Positions 23,281 to 36,230 of a stretch of 64,000 nucleotides of DNA are shown here, piece by piece. The notes beneath the pieces were generated by a model. The model did no database searches. It had not been told where the DNA came from and worked only from the letters and a program-made list of their open reading frames with translations. The translations under genes and the position numbers were made by a program. This DNA comes from Lingula anatina (lineage: Eukaryota > Animalia > Brachiopoda): NCBI GenBank assembly GCA_051362555.1, contig CM120640.1, positions 27,180,503-27,244,502 of the forward strand. Direction: 5' to 3'. Positions within the stretch are counted from its first letter, which is position 1. Each line of letters opens with the position of its first letter.

Positions 23281-26200
23281 ATCATACACGTGTATTATAA
23301 GAAAATTTTTTCTATGATTGACATTTTTTAATCTCAAAAGGCTTATTGAATTTGTGAAATATAAGGACATTGATATACATGTGTATTATAGGAAGTACTT
23401 AGTTTAGGGCATGCGTACACACACATACACACACACACACACTAAAGACAATGAATATGATGATCAAAATTTGGGCACAGTAGCTTCCAGCTTGGTTGAA
23501 CCTCAAGACATTTGTTATGGTGATGCTGTTTGCTCAAATGAAGGCTGGTCTGCAGTCTGGCCAAACACATATTTAACTCCATTACAATATGACTGTTACC
23601 AAACAAATGATAGGAAATCATGTAACCAAGAAAAGGGAGCTGATTCTTTTGTGTGAATCAAGTTATTTTTGCAGTTCTTTTCTATCGATGTTTATTTTCA
23701 TAAATAAGTTAAATTGGCTTAAAGTGGATGCTTCAACTGTCTCACTTTGTGAGACAAAAAAAAAAACAAACATATTTTATGTATGATGTCTGATAGAAAT
23801 GCTTTAGTTTTTGGCTGATTTGGTTTATCTAACAGAGGTCTCCATTCCTTTTTGATAATGATATGTTGTGTATAGTGAGGAAGTTTTTCAAAAAGTCTGG
23901 ACTATTTTAGTGATATAAGGAAACATAGGTTGCAGTAATCTTATACACAACACTAGTAGTAGTAGTGATAGTCCAAAGCTGTACATAACTAACTATTAAA
24001 TATTTCCATATACCTATATAAGATTGGAGTGTATAATACTGTGCTATATCCATCTAGATTTATGTTTGTTGATTTAAATATACAGACCAATTGAAAAGGA
24101 TAACGTAAAAACAACATTTAAGATATGAAGGGATTCAGTCCTTTGCTAGGATTAATTGAGATTTTTGTATCTGTAGTAATACCTGTTAATCAGTTGGTTG
24201 CTGCTGCAGGCCCACCTTAGAACAAAACGCGTATCTTCTTCCAATATAAGATAATTTTTTTAAAATGTAGTTAACATATTGGAAGCCCATTGTTAGATTC
24301 AGTAACATCAGTTCAGTACACGGTTACAAACTATAAATATTGTGTAAATTTTATGAAAAGCTCCATCAAGTTTTTAAATGATTGAGAAATTTATTTATTT
24401 GGACTACCTGGTAACTATCAGCACTAACTCAGTAAAAGTGAAAAAGGGTAAATATGAAAAGATTTTCTCCTTTTTCAATCAGATTTTTAAAAAGGAAAAT
24501 GGTGGGTATGGAAATGTCAGGAGATATTTGTAGTGTAGCTGGCTTCACATTACTCCGATTACTGTATTTACTACCAGCTGCAGGCATATTGAGGATATAT
24601 TCTGAGCCTATACTTACACAAATTTATGTAATTAAATTATTATTATCATCGAATGTAGGGTTATTGTGAAATCAAATGAATAACAAAAGTGCTTGGAAGT
24701 ATGCCGTTTTCCAATTTGCTCATATGTTATCTTGTAATAATTTTGTACCTGCAATCTAAGTAACGTTTCTTCAATTTTCATATTTGTTTGTTCTCAGAAA
24801 TAGACATTACTGTAAATCATGTGGAATTATCTTATGGTAGATTTACACAATAAATAAGACTTATTTAAATACTTAGACTTGCTCTGAATGCGATTTCATT
24901 TATTCTGTCATTTGTTATCATTGCAAAAATAACTTAATTTTGGAAGTGCCAGCGTGGCTTTGTTTGAATTGCCAATATTCAAAGCATCACCCCCCTGACT
25001 CCCAGATTTTAATGACAATTATCCTAGTTTTATACCAGTAATTAAAAAAAAAATACCTGATAGACTTGACTTTCTTTGGATTTTTGTATAGGTACAGGTT
25101 GTATAGTGACAATACTTTAGTATGGCAAAAAATTAAAGACAAAAAATGTACTGCTCAAAGTCTTCTTATCCATATCTTCTTGTCAAATTTGCATGATACA
25201 TTTATATGCAAGTTGGACTTCAACTCCAACTTGCTTGGAAGCCATCCATTTTTATCTTCATTTTCACAAGCCTACAAAAAGTAGATTCCCCACCCCCATC
25301 ACCAATTCAGAGAATGACCTTTGAAAGCAATTTGGATGGTCATTTAATTGTTTTTCAAAAGCATTCACAGGTTAGTACCCCCCCCCCCCCCTCCTGTGTA
25401 CAGTCTGCAGACTTATGAAATTGGGTTAAATATGGACGACCCAATATGTGATCCTCCAAAGGAAGAAAGAAATCCTTATAATTTAAATGAGGTAGATCCT
25501 CTAATTTGCAATTTTGTAGTATATTTGCAATTTTATGGTTCCAGAAGATGATAAGCTTTGGTTCTTCTTTATAATTATCGACTTTGGACAAGTTCACCTC
25601 TTCGCAATGTTTGACCTGAAGCTTGAACAATATGGTTAAATATTGAGCACACATGACTGCCTCTCAACCAATCAATCAGTATTAAAATTATGATCATGTA
25701 ACAAAGAATACCTACTGGTGTGCAAATAGAAGTTTTTATTATTGATCTTTACCCCATAAAAAGGACAAAGAGGAAATATCAATATAATGCCCAATGAAAT
25801 TAAATGGATTTGCCAATACTACTCTATCACGAGTAAAGATAAAAGTTTGAAACACTATTTCAATGTATCCTGTATAATAACTATACAAATCTACTGTGAA
25901 ATGTTTAAGAATGGCCAAATGCACTTAACACTCATCACATGCATTAAGCAATCATTAAATATTAATATGGCACAAAGCTCAGTAAATAATATGAAGAAAG
26001 TATAATGAATACTGGATAAACAATTGTAATAAATGTAAAAGTGCATGAAAATATTTCATGGATCTGAGTAATAAAATAGTAACATAAAACAATTTAAACA
26101 ACAGCTTATTAAATGAAAAGCGAACAACACGAATTCAAACTACTGAGGGAAAGAAATACAATTCAAAGTCAAACAAAATTAATGATTCTCACACGTGCTA

Positions 26201-27168
26201 TCAAATATGTATGTAACATCACATTAACATCATAACAGTTTTAATATATTTACTTATTTATGGGACATAATTCAACAATCCTATATAATATTATTAAAAA
26301 AATAAAGTATGGAATAAAATATGGAAAATGCCTATAATCACTTATTAATGCCCTTTAAAATTTAACATAAAAATTTGCCATTCAAGAACATGGAAAAAAC
26401 TGTATGTTTATCAATATCTCAAAAACATTCCTTAAAATGAGTGAATTTTTTAAGTGAATCTGCACATAGTAGTGAATCCACAAACAGTAAAGGCAGATAT
26501 TTATCTTATGGCATTCTGTGAAATTGACTGACCAAATTATTGAGTTAGGAAAGACTAATTACCATATACTGAATCACTGTAAACTGCCTTATTCCAGTTA
26601 GAGCGAGGTAGATTATTTAGATGCAAATATTAGGCTAGTAAGTTAGGGCAATGCTTGCTGACATGTGCAGCAGGCAAGATTTATTCAGCTTTGCTCAAAA
26701 TGCATTGCGAGGACAACTTCCCCTCTCGCAATTCTCAAATTTTGTTGAAGATTCATTTTTGTCAAGCCTGCATTGCAACTATTGAGCCTACCAAAAAGCT
26801 CTGTTGACATCAACTCATAAATATTTTTCTAAATATAGCAATCCCTATTCAAAGAAGGGCAATGCTTAAACATCAATTTGTAAGTGCATGCTCAATTGTT
26901 CAATTTTGTATTTCTACAAAATGTAACTTTCATTTCAGGAAGTATTCCTTGATCAACTGCACAAGCTTACAACAGTTTTCCCAAATGTGTTAACTGCCCT
27001 CGTGTACCTGTATACATGTGTTTCCTGCTGATGTGGTCACTCTAAATCTTGTGTGATCTTTCAGTGTATTCCATATGACAAAATACAATTATCATGCCTT
27101 CGAACATATCAGCATCAGTTCTTTGATCTGCTGAGATACGGTACACTAAATACCACCCCATGAACAAA

Positions 27169-30100
27169 CTATAAAACAGATTCCTTTGCAATAACTACTT
27201 CTCCCGTACCAATAGTATCCTCCTGGATGTTATCTGGCTGTTGCAGTGACCAACGTTTAATGCTTCCATTTGGTTTCTTGTTGTGCTGAGCCCCGTCACT
27301 GTGGTGCCTTTTCCTTTGCGCGTCACTCTCACCACTGGTCTTGGGAACAGTTGCTGTAGAAGTGCCATCAGTTTCTGCTTTACTGATGGTTAACTGAGGG
27401 CCTTGACCACCAGGTTTGTTGATATTGTCTTCTTCTGTTAAAAAAAAATGCTTAGAAATTAACTGGGCAAGTTTTAACCATTGAAACTAGAGATAAAATT
27501 ACTTAAACTTACAAAAATATGCCTCTAAGGTGCATCTATAACCTCTCATCCCATGCACTGTTAAATGTCTGCCTGACATACAATGTACTCGATCTACACA
27601 CATGCCCCCTGAACTAAAAAATCAAAACTGTTAATATATCAATTAACACTAGGTCTGAAATCGGTCTCATAAATGTATACCATGTGTTAGACTCTCTGTA
27701 TTTTGAGGTAACCCAGGGATTACAGAAGGAACAGCAAGGAAGCCATTCTTGGTTGTAAACTGCTTCTTGGCTTTTTCTAGGTCTTCCTCTTGTGGGGATC
27801 CTTTCCATGGCTTCCCATGATGCATCTGCCAAATTCCGTCTGAGTGGATGTAATACTTCAGGTAGTCCTCGTTAGCTGTAATTGAAAATATGCTAGAATG
27901 CTTGTTTTATTTTTAGAAAGCAAAATATACATGCACTTACAGTAGGTATCTGACAAATACTAGAAATGATCCATTAAAATTTAAAAACTGTTCTTGTGCA
28001 CCATGCAAATGTTGGAGTATCTGTATCTGAGAAACCATGATTATGCATTATAATAGATGCTTTTTGAAAAATAAATTATTTTTCAAAATCTGCAAAGCAT
28101 TTTGCATAAACGTACCTGCCCACTCCTCTTCATCATCATAACTCTCAGTTGCCATGGCTGCAAACTCTTCCAACTCGAACACAGCAGGAAATTGCTGGAG
28201 GAGTTAAAGAAATAATGTAAATGCGAAAACAAACTACAATTTTTCATTGAAAAAATAACTTGAAGCCACTGTAGGGGCTCTGAGAAGGGATGGGAAGGGT
28301 TCCTCAGATTAGCTATCAAGTAAAACATGCAAATGAAAGAAATTGCATGAGATACTGGGGCACCCCTGGTCCATTGTTCTCCTATTAAATGAGAGACACC
28401 CTCTCATCCAAGCACAATTGTACTAGAATAGTTCAGTATTTCATGCACAAGTTGATGTTACCATCATAATTTGAGACATATGTCTACTCAAAAGATATGC
28501 TTGTCCTGTTAAGAAAACTCAAATTACTAAGGCTAAGAATTGCTCTCATTAAGGTATATGTACATCTGCATTAAACATGTTACACCATGAAACACAAATA
28601 TGTTATTTTTCAACTGCAAGATCACTTCAAGCAGCCGAAAGAACCAGAGTACCATTTCTAATGTTAAATATCTGATGTAAGCTCATTTTTGTAATATTAC
28701 CTGCTTATGTTTAGGGATAAGGAACATGATGGCTGCTCCAATTATTGGAGGAATTCCAGCATACCAAAATGAACTGTTGTATGATCCAAAATGGTCTTTC
28801 AACATCCCTAAGAGAAAAAAGTGTTATTAGTCACTAATAAATAACATACAACTGATCAGAAGTTACATAAGCAGAATCCCCCAATGCAATTTTGTGCGTG
28901 TGTGCATGCATGAAACGTTTTATTGGCTTTCTCAGTGATTAATATCCACATCTCTGTATTTTATAACAATTTCAAAAAATAACCTTCCTTTTACTTTTGA
29001 TCACTAAATTCTAGATCTTTAAAGTGAACACATTTACATTAAATCATGTCAATCACACATTCCAAACACTCCATTTCACATTGCTCTCACCTCCTATTGG
29101 TGGTCCAATCATCATGGGGACGGACATTAGCCCTAGCAGAAAGCCTACAGCTTGTGATGCTCCCTTTGAACCTACTAAGTCAAAGGCAATGGGTCCAAGA
29201 AGACAAACAAAACATCCATCACACAGCCCCATTATCAGGACAATTACCACAAAGACTGCAAAATGTGTAGCAAAAGGAATGCACAGGGTACAGATGCCTA
29301 GGACAACAAATGCTGCTTGCTGGAGACGGATGCGATTTACCCACTTCACGTCTGCTAGCTTGCCTGAAACCAAGCGGCTTACACCAGAAGTGCCACCCAA
29401 GCACATGATGAGAATTTCAGAGTTGGCACTTTCTCCAAGGACATCTTTCACATGTTTTACCTAAAATATATAAATGAGAGGTTTCAGTTTTTTTTAATGT
29501 CCCTGCATCTACTTTGTAAAAGAAAGACCTAGAACTTATAACTGACAGCAGCAAGTTCCAAAGATTATAGAAGTTGATTCAAATCATCATAACACTAAGC
29601 TCATCTTTTTATCAGTATCCCCCCTTTTTTTATTAATCATGTTGAACATGGATAAGTACTCCTAAATTAATGTTAAAATAAATAATTAGTGCATAAGCCA
29701 TCTCAGGTCTGTTAATAAAAGTCTAAAAGCAGAAATGCATTAGCACTGGCAATATGGCAAGTGCTGAATCTGCACTACATTTATTCAAAAGTTCTTTTGG
29801 GCTACTAGCTGCAACTAATGTTTATAAAAAGTATCCTGTAATAGACCTGGCTTCCCATCAAGGTAATCAAGTTTGATGTAACATGTCTATTAGTATGAAC
29901 ACTTGTTAACCACGGTCAACAAATCATTATGTGTGAACATGTTTGTGCAACTGTTTTGGAGCAGTGGACTGTTTTCACATCACTTTATACATTACAAGCA
30001 CCTGTACATCCATTTAGCCTCCTACTTAAGTAGCCACTTGGTTACTGTACTGCTGTGTATCCTTGACTTAAAAATGTTAAGTCTATGCATCTGTGACACC

Positions 30101-30982
30101 ATCTCCCAGAGAATCTTTTTAGTGTAGCTTACTTTTTTGGATAAAAAACTCATTTCAAAGACTATTTTAATCACTGTCTTTTTTTTTCTTTTTATAAAAA
30201 TGGAAACCTAGTGTCCTTCATTCAAATCAAATAGGCAACTTACCAAATAGGCAAATGGAATAAAATATCCAAATAGGCAGACAGGAACTGCAATCACCCA
30301 GATAACATAGCCCTTCTGTCGCCAAATCTTTACATTGAGAAATCTGCGTGTCCAGCGCATACAGTCACTCATATTTTCAGTAATGGTTGCTGTTGACAGG
30401 AATTGTTCCACTCCACTGTGTTGGGACTTTGAGGGGTGAACGATGAGGGGTTTCCAGCTGATGGCACAAAGAAATAATAAGGCAACCAAGGCAACCAAAA
30501 TGTGGACAGTGTGTTTGAAGCCGATTGTGTGTAAGGCATGCTTGAGCACATATGGCAAAACTATGGTAAATATAGCACTTCCTAAGGTCACTATTCCGTT
30601 GACCAGACCTAAACGCTTTTTGAAGTAATGTCCTAATATTACCAGGGACGGAGTATAGACCAAAGAACAGCCTGTACCCAATAGTATACCATATGTCAGA
30701 TACATCAGTTCTAGTTGTTCTATAAATGAACTGGCCAGGATGCCTGCAGTCGCAATAAGGGCACCCGCACATGCTGTGACACGTATTCCCAGACAATCTG
30801 TCAAAATGCTTGCAATCATTGACATAAAGAAAGTCATTCCAACACAAAGAGATCCAATCCAAGCTAAAAAAAAAGAGAAATGTTGATTATACATCAGTTT
30901 TACAAATAACCTTGGGAAATTTTGACGGAAAATGTGTATTTGTGATTCAAACATCTTTGTGTTCTTCACTGATAACACACAA

Positions 30983-31058
<76 letters not shown>

Positions 31059-32975
31059 ATGTCTAAAAAAAATTCTATTTAAAAAAAAATAACTGACCTG
31101 TCTTTCTTACCTTCATTTTTTAGTATGAAAAGTATGCCTGACAATCGGTTATTTTGAGGTTCATCAAAATTCACAGAATTTATGGCATGGGTTTTTTTTT
31201 ATTTTCAAACATTGTTATCATAAAGGACATTCCTTTAGTGTTTACAACTGAAAAAGTAACTGATGGCTGACATAAAAATCCTGCGGCTTGATATATATAC
31301 TAATAGAGGTGGAAATCTGAGCTTGCTTCGAAAAAGAGGAAGAAGTGCAAGTTCTATTTTTAAAAGTGTTTGGAACTGGTTCATGCACCCTTCAGTAGCT
31401 CTAAAGGTCAAAATGCAGCTTGTGTGTAGAGTTGTTTACTCTGCTAAGATGTTAAAATATCAATGACAAAATATGATCTTTACAACAAGTAAAAGAACTC
31501 CAAAACTGCTCATAAGTACATTTTGCTTCAAATACAACTTTGTTTTAATATCATTATGGATGACAACAACACATTAAACCCTTAACTAATAAGTATTTTT
31601 CAAACTCCAGTTTGCTCTGAGTCGAGTGCTAAGTCATGCAGCTTGAAAATATCAAAAGTTATCTAGCAGAAAAACAGTTTCTTCCACATACAAAAGGCAA
31701 CATTTTTGATAGGTTAAGCTGAGATTCTTTTGTGGTCATGGCTTTCTCTTATTTGGAGAACACAGCTGCTTAAAAATTTAATCCAGACAACTGTTGTCCA
31801 CATCAGTGTTGTAACTGATGTATCCTGTTTTGAGTTTAAGCTTTGAATATCATATCTTTAAGAAATAATTCCATGATGGTCAAAACTACCATTCTACTTA
31901 TTGTATGTCTTCTGAGAAGCACACACACATACACACACGCAAGTATGCACGCACACATACATACACAGATACACACACACATACGTACACGCAATCCATT
32001 GTTGACTATCCTCTACCAGGGCTACGGTGAGATTTTTTTCACCAGATATTCACATTTTCTCTGGCTGATTTTGTTCACATTTCTGTTCCGTGTCCAGTGA
32101 GAATTGTTCCACCAGAATGTCAGAAATGAGACCATAACCCAGTTAGCCTCTGGTAAAGTGTAATTATTGGCCAGTGCTGGCCACAGTATAGTCAGTGTGA
32201 ATATACCAGTAAATAATGCTATCATTAGTTAAACAAAGTTTGCTCAACAACGGACCCCTTAAAGGGATAATAACTCTTTGTATGATATCTATATTACACA
32301 ATAAAAACATTGTACACAACTCATAGAAATATAATATATTCTGTTTTACCACAAAAACGGCAGTTATAGCTATTATTCTGATATCTGAGCTTGTCTTCAG
32401 ATCACGTGACCTCCAATGATGGCTATACTCTGTTATAATCTCTTAAGAGATTTTAACAAAAAACCAAACTTTTAAGAAAAAAACCAGGGACTAACTTTGA
32501 ATGTAAAAATGGATTTATTAACCATTGGTTAGTATGGGAAAATTGTTGTTTACTCCAGGAAAATTCATTTTTTGGCCAAAATGAAGAGTTATTATCCCTT
32601 TAATTTGCAGAGATAGAGAAAAATATACGTGTATATTATACATTTCATTTCATCTGAAAATTATAGACAAATGATAATTATTCAAAAGATCTACAAATGT
32701 TGAAACTTACATGTTCTAAAAGTTGCATGTGGGTCATCCTTTGCGTATGCCTCTAGCATCTTAGGAAAAAGAATACCAAAATTGTTGAGAATTCCAAATA
32801 TTGTCCCATTTGTCCAACAAGAGGCCAAGCATACCACCCAGCCCCAGCCCCCATCAGGGGGAATAAACTCCAAGTGGCAGGATCCTTTTGCAGGCTGTTC
32901 TTTATCTTCGGATTTCAGAGGTTCCTGCTCTGGCTCCACAATCTTGGGTGCATCTCCTTTCCCTTTAGTAACCAT
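27169..32975 (-). CDS. SLC16A10: Monocarboxylate transporter family member, SLC16A10/SLC16A2 (MCT10/MCT8)-like, multi-exon
   Basis: Exons 32975-32711, 30863-30244, 29460-29091, 28807-28701, 28194-28116, 27875-27681, 27434-27169. Motifs 'PPDGGWGWVVCLASCWTNGTIFGILN', 'AWIGSLCVGMTFF', 'YTPSLVILGHYFKKRLGLVNGIV', 'MGLCDGCFVCLLGPIAFDLVG..ASQAVGFLLGLMSVPMMIGPPIGG'. Non-coding first exon donor at ~35918. Confidence 0.92.
30985..31057. repeat. (CT)n(CA)n compound microsatellite
   Basis: Direct reading. Confidence 0.95.
32263..32599. mobile_element. Kolobok-like MITE, copy 2, in an SLC16 intron
   Basis: TTAA flanks (32259-32262, 32600-32603); TIR AGGGATAATAACTCTT..AAGAGTTATTATCCCT; 337 bp; reverse complement of 5440-5776. 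Confidence 0.88.
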
Positions 32976-35899
32976 TTCTGTTACTGTTTTTAAGCTCCGT
33001 GAAAAGATAACAAGTTGCAACTAGCCCTCCAATTAGTGTGTCTCCATTTGTATAGCCTCACAACCTAGATGAAAACATTATTATATTTTACAACACAACA
33101 GCTTCTTTGTGATTTATAATGCAGTACAGTGTTATCCAGGATTTAGAACATGTGATACGTAACTATGTTTACGGTACATTTTTAGAAACCCAAACAACTG
33201 AGGCCAACCAATTACGTGCACAATTATTAGAAACGCAATAACCTGCGAATTATTGGACAGCATTTACAGGCACCAACTCTAAACATTTAAGGTCGGAAAA
33301 TTTACCAAAAAAAACATTTTCCAAATAATCAATAAATGAAAATAGTTTTAAAAAACATTTATGGAATTCTTTTTCAGTTTTTTTCCATAAAAATGTATGC
33401 AATATTCAAAGCAACAATGTACTGATCCTACGGCTAAAATTTCTCTTATCCCAAATCTAAAATGAATTTGATGAATTTCTTTGATCAAGTATTAAATATA
33501 ACTCTCTGCTTAAAAGCAAAGTATTATATTTAAAATGCTCAAATCACCTTTTTACGTTACTGACACACTGTAGACAGTATGTAGATCTTCACCTTTTCAC
33601 ATTACTGATACACTGTAGACAGTTTGTAGACCTAACTTTTCATTGTAATGAGCATCTCTTTAAATACCTTTTGGCCAACTTGGAAAATTGCCAACTCACT
33701 AGAAAAATGCAGGCTATGAACTAAAGCACTGCCATATCCTAAATTAATAATTGAACTTGGTGAAGCCTACTGCAGAAGGTCAAATCAACTTCTGTTGCTA
33801 ATGAACTAACACTGTCAATTACATTTATGACAACATTGACAAGGCATCTATACTAAACAAAGAAAAATAAAGGATTTGAAAAAATTGTTAAAGCCGTAAA
33901 AGGTGAATGTAACTTCACTGGTGGGGAAAAAAACTAAAATTCGAATACAGATAAATTCTTTACAATCTAAAATAGAAATCTTTGACCGCTAGACAACTTC
34001 ATCGTTATCTATACACCTGTTGACTCAACTGCACCAAGTGCAAACCCACAGTGTGTATTAGGAAATAACACTTGTCTGTGGTTCAATGACTGGGCTTGGA
34101 AAGAGAAAAAATATGACGAGAAACAGTTGAACATTTTTGTAATATTTTGCAAACAAGGAAAATATCAACGTCAAAAAAAATTGTGTTAGAAAAAGGTCTA
34201 TTATATCATAATGACATTGGTTTCTCATTTCTATTGCAAAAAAAATATATCCTCAAAAATGTTTTAATATCCAATCATAAAAGAATATAAATTGCACTTG
34301 AAAAGAAAATGCAATCTAGTTCCAATTTTATTGCACTTTGAAACTAGAGCACATAGCGATAACTATTAACTTGACCAATATTATATCTTCATATCTGGAA
34401 CTCAAATGGGTCAAGAAGATATAAGGTGCTATATATAGATAAGATGTCAAAGACAAGAGGTTTAATGTTAACAAGGTCAATGTTAACTACAAAAACCAAG
34501 CAGAGCTATTGCCATTCTTTATTGCTAACATGTGGTTCCGTGTGTGAGTGTATGCACGTACATTCATGCATTTATTGTTTCTGCAAAAAAAAAAATTCAC
34601 TGAAAATTTTATACATGTCTAATTCCTTTCACTTGGAATGTGCTATAGATGGCAAATTTAACAACTATTAAGTTTTAGTAAAAGACATCTTTTTCTGCTT
34701 ACATGTGTCTGCCATGTTCTCTTCAATTTTCTTAAAGATACATTGAAAGTTAAATTTTTGCAAAAAAAAAAAAAAATAAAATAAAATAAAACTGACCAAA
34801 TGCCACCATTTAGTTTCAAATACTATAATTTAAAGATATACAAGGGGACATCATTGTATAATTTCTGCTTTATTTCTGTTCTATATATAACCCTTGGACA
34901 TTTCTGATAACTCATTTGAAAAGAATGCAATTGCATGCACAGCTACGGCCACACACTGGAGTGATAATTATGTAATGCATGTGAAGTGCTAAGTCATTAA
35001 GCGAACTTTCACTGACAGGGGTGATGGATAAAAAGGTCAATTGCCTACCAGGGCCCTTACCTCGAAAGCATCGCGTATTGTGCCTGAGCACAAGCATCTC
35101 AATTCCATAACTCGCCCCACATAATACAGTACATTGTTGCCTCTATTCGCAATATGCGATGCTTTCAAGTTAAGAGGACCAGAAATTTAAAGATGATGCA
35201 GTTTTAAAGCTATTTTTTACTGATAAGGAATTTGATTTTATGATATGTAATGTTGACTTTATTTTAGTCTTTAAAAAAAAACTAGGGACATGGTTTATAT
35301 GGATTACTAGGAATCTACGCTTGCCTTATACTAGTAAGTAACTTTAAACAAAAGCCAAGTACCATCAAACTGAAAACCACAGCGCCAAGGAACATCATTT
35401 ACTGCAGCTGTATTTATACATCTATATACTTACTTCTATTTAGATACATTTAAATGTGACACTGTCCAACATTTAGATTTTTAAAAAAAGTGTTCAAGCT
35501 ACCCCCCCCCCCCCCACACACACACACACACATTTTCCCCCAGATTGCATGTCAGTTTGAAACAAGAATGATGGCGTCTGTATAATTTGCAGTGAAGAGT
35601 TATTATTTTTGTCCCATAACCAAATTACTCATAACGCGATGTCAATCCAAAAAAGTAAAATGAAGGTCGGGTGCTATTTTTAGTCCAAACGTATGGTTTC
35701 CAAACAAAAAAACAATCCAATGGGTATGTTGACTGTTGTGTCCCGGTTGTAAAGTGATAACTGTACAAAAACAGAAACACATACGTCAATATGAATGGCA
35801 CTTAATGAAAGGACAAGGTAACATACCTCATTTTGTGTCTCGCTCACATATGAATGCAAATAACAACTGTAAAATGAGCTTTTCACGTTAGCTGCAGCA

Positions 35900-36230
35900 T
35901 GACATCTTCGTTGTTTACCTTCGAGTGAACCCGCTTTGCGGACCCAATAGCAAATGGATCAGCTGCTAGTCATGTGATCTTTTTATCAAATGACGTAAAA
36001 TTGGCCAATTTTTTTGGTTTGGTTTAAGCAGTTTTCCTATGTATTCCTTTCCAAGTCAAGAATATTAATCATAATGTAGAGTTTACGTGTTTTATGTTCT
36101 AAGTAAAAGCATTTGGAATTACGACTTTATTACAGATTTCGGCAGTTCTCGTTAATCCATAATCATGTGATCTAAGTTCGAGAGAAAAACGAGAGTAGGA
36201 GAGAGGAAGAAAGTCAAGGCCTTCAAAATG
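35900..36230. promoter_or_regulatory. Divergent promoter region SLC16A10-like / SRRM1
   Basis: Minus-strand donor CGAAG|GTAAAC at ~35918 and SRRM1 ATG at 36228; TCATGTGAT E-box-like motifs at 35970 and 36163; CRE-like TGACGTAA at 35991; YY1-like AAAATGGCGG at ~36392. Confidence 0.6.
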
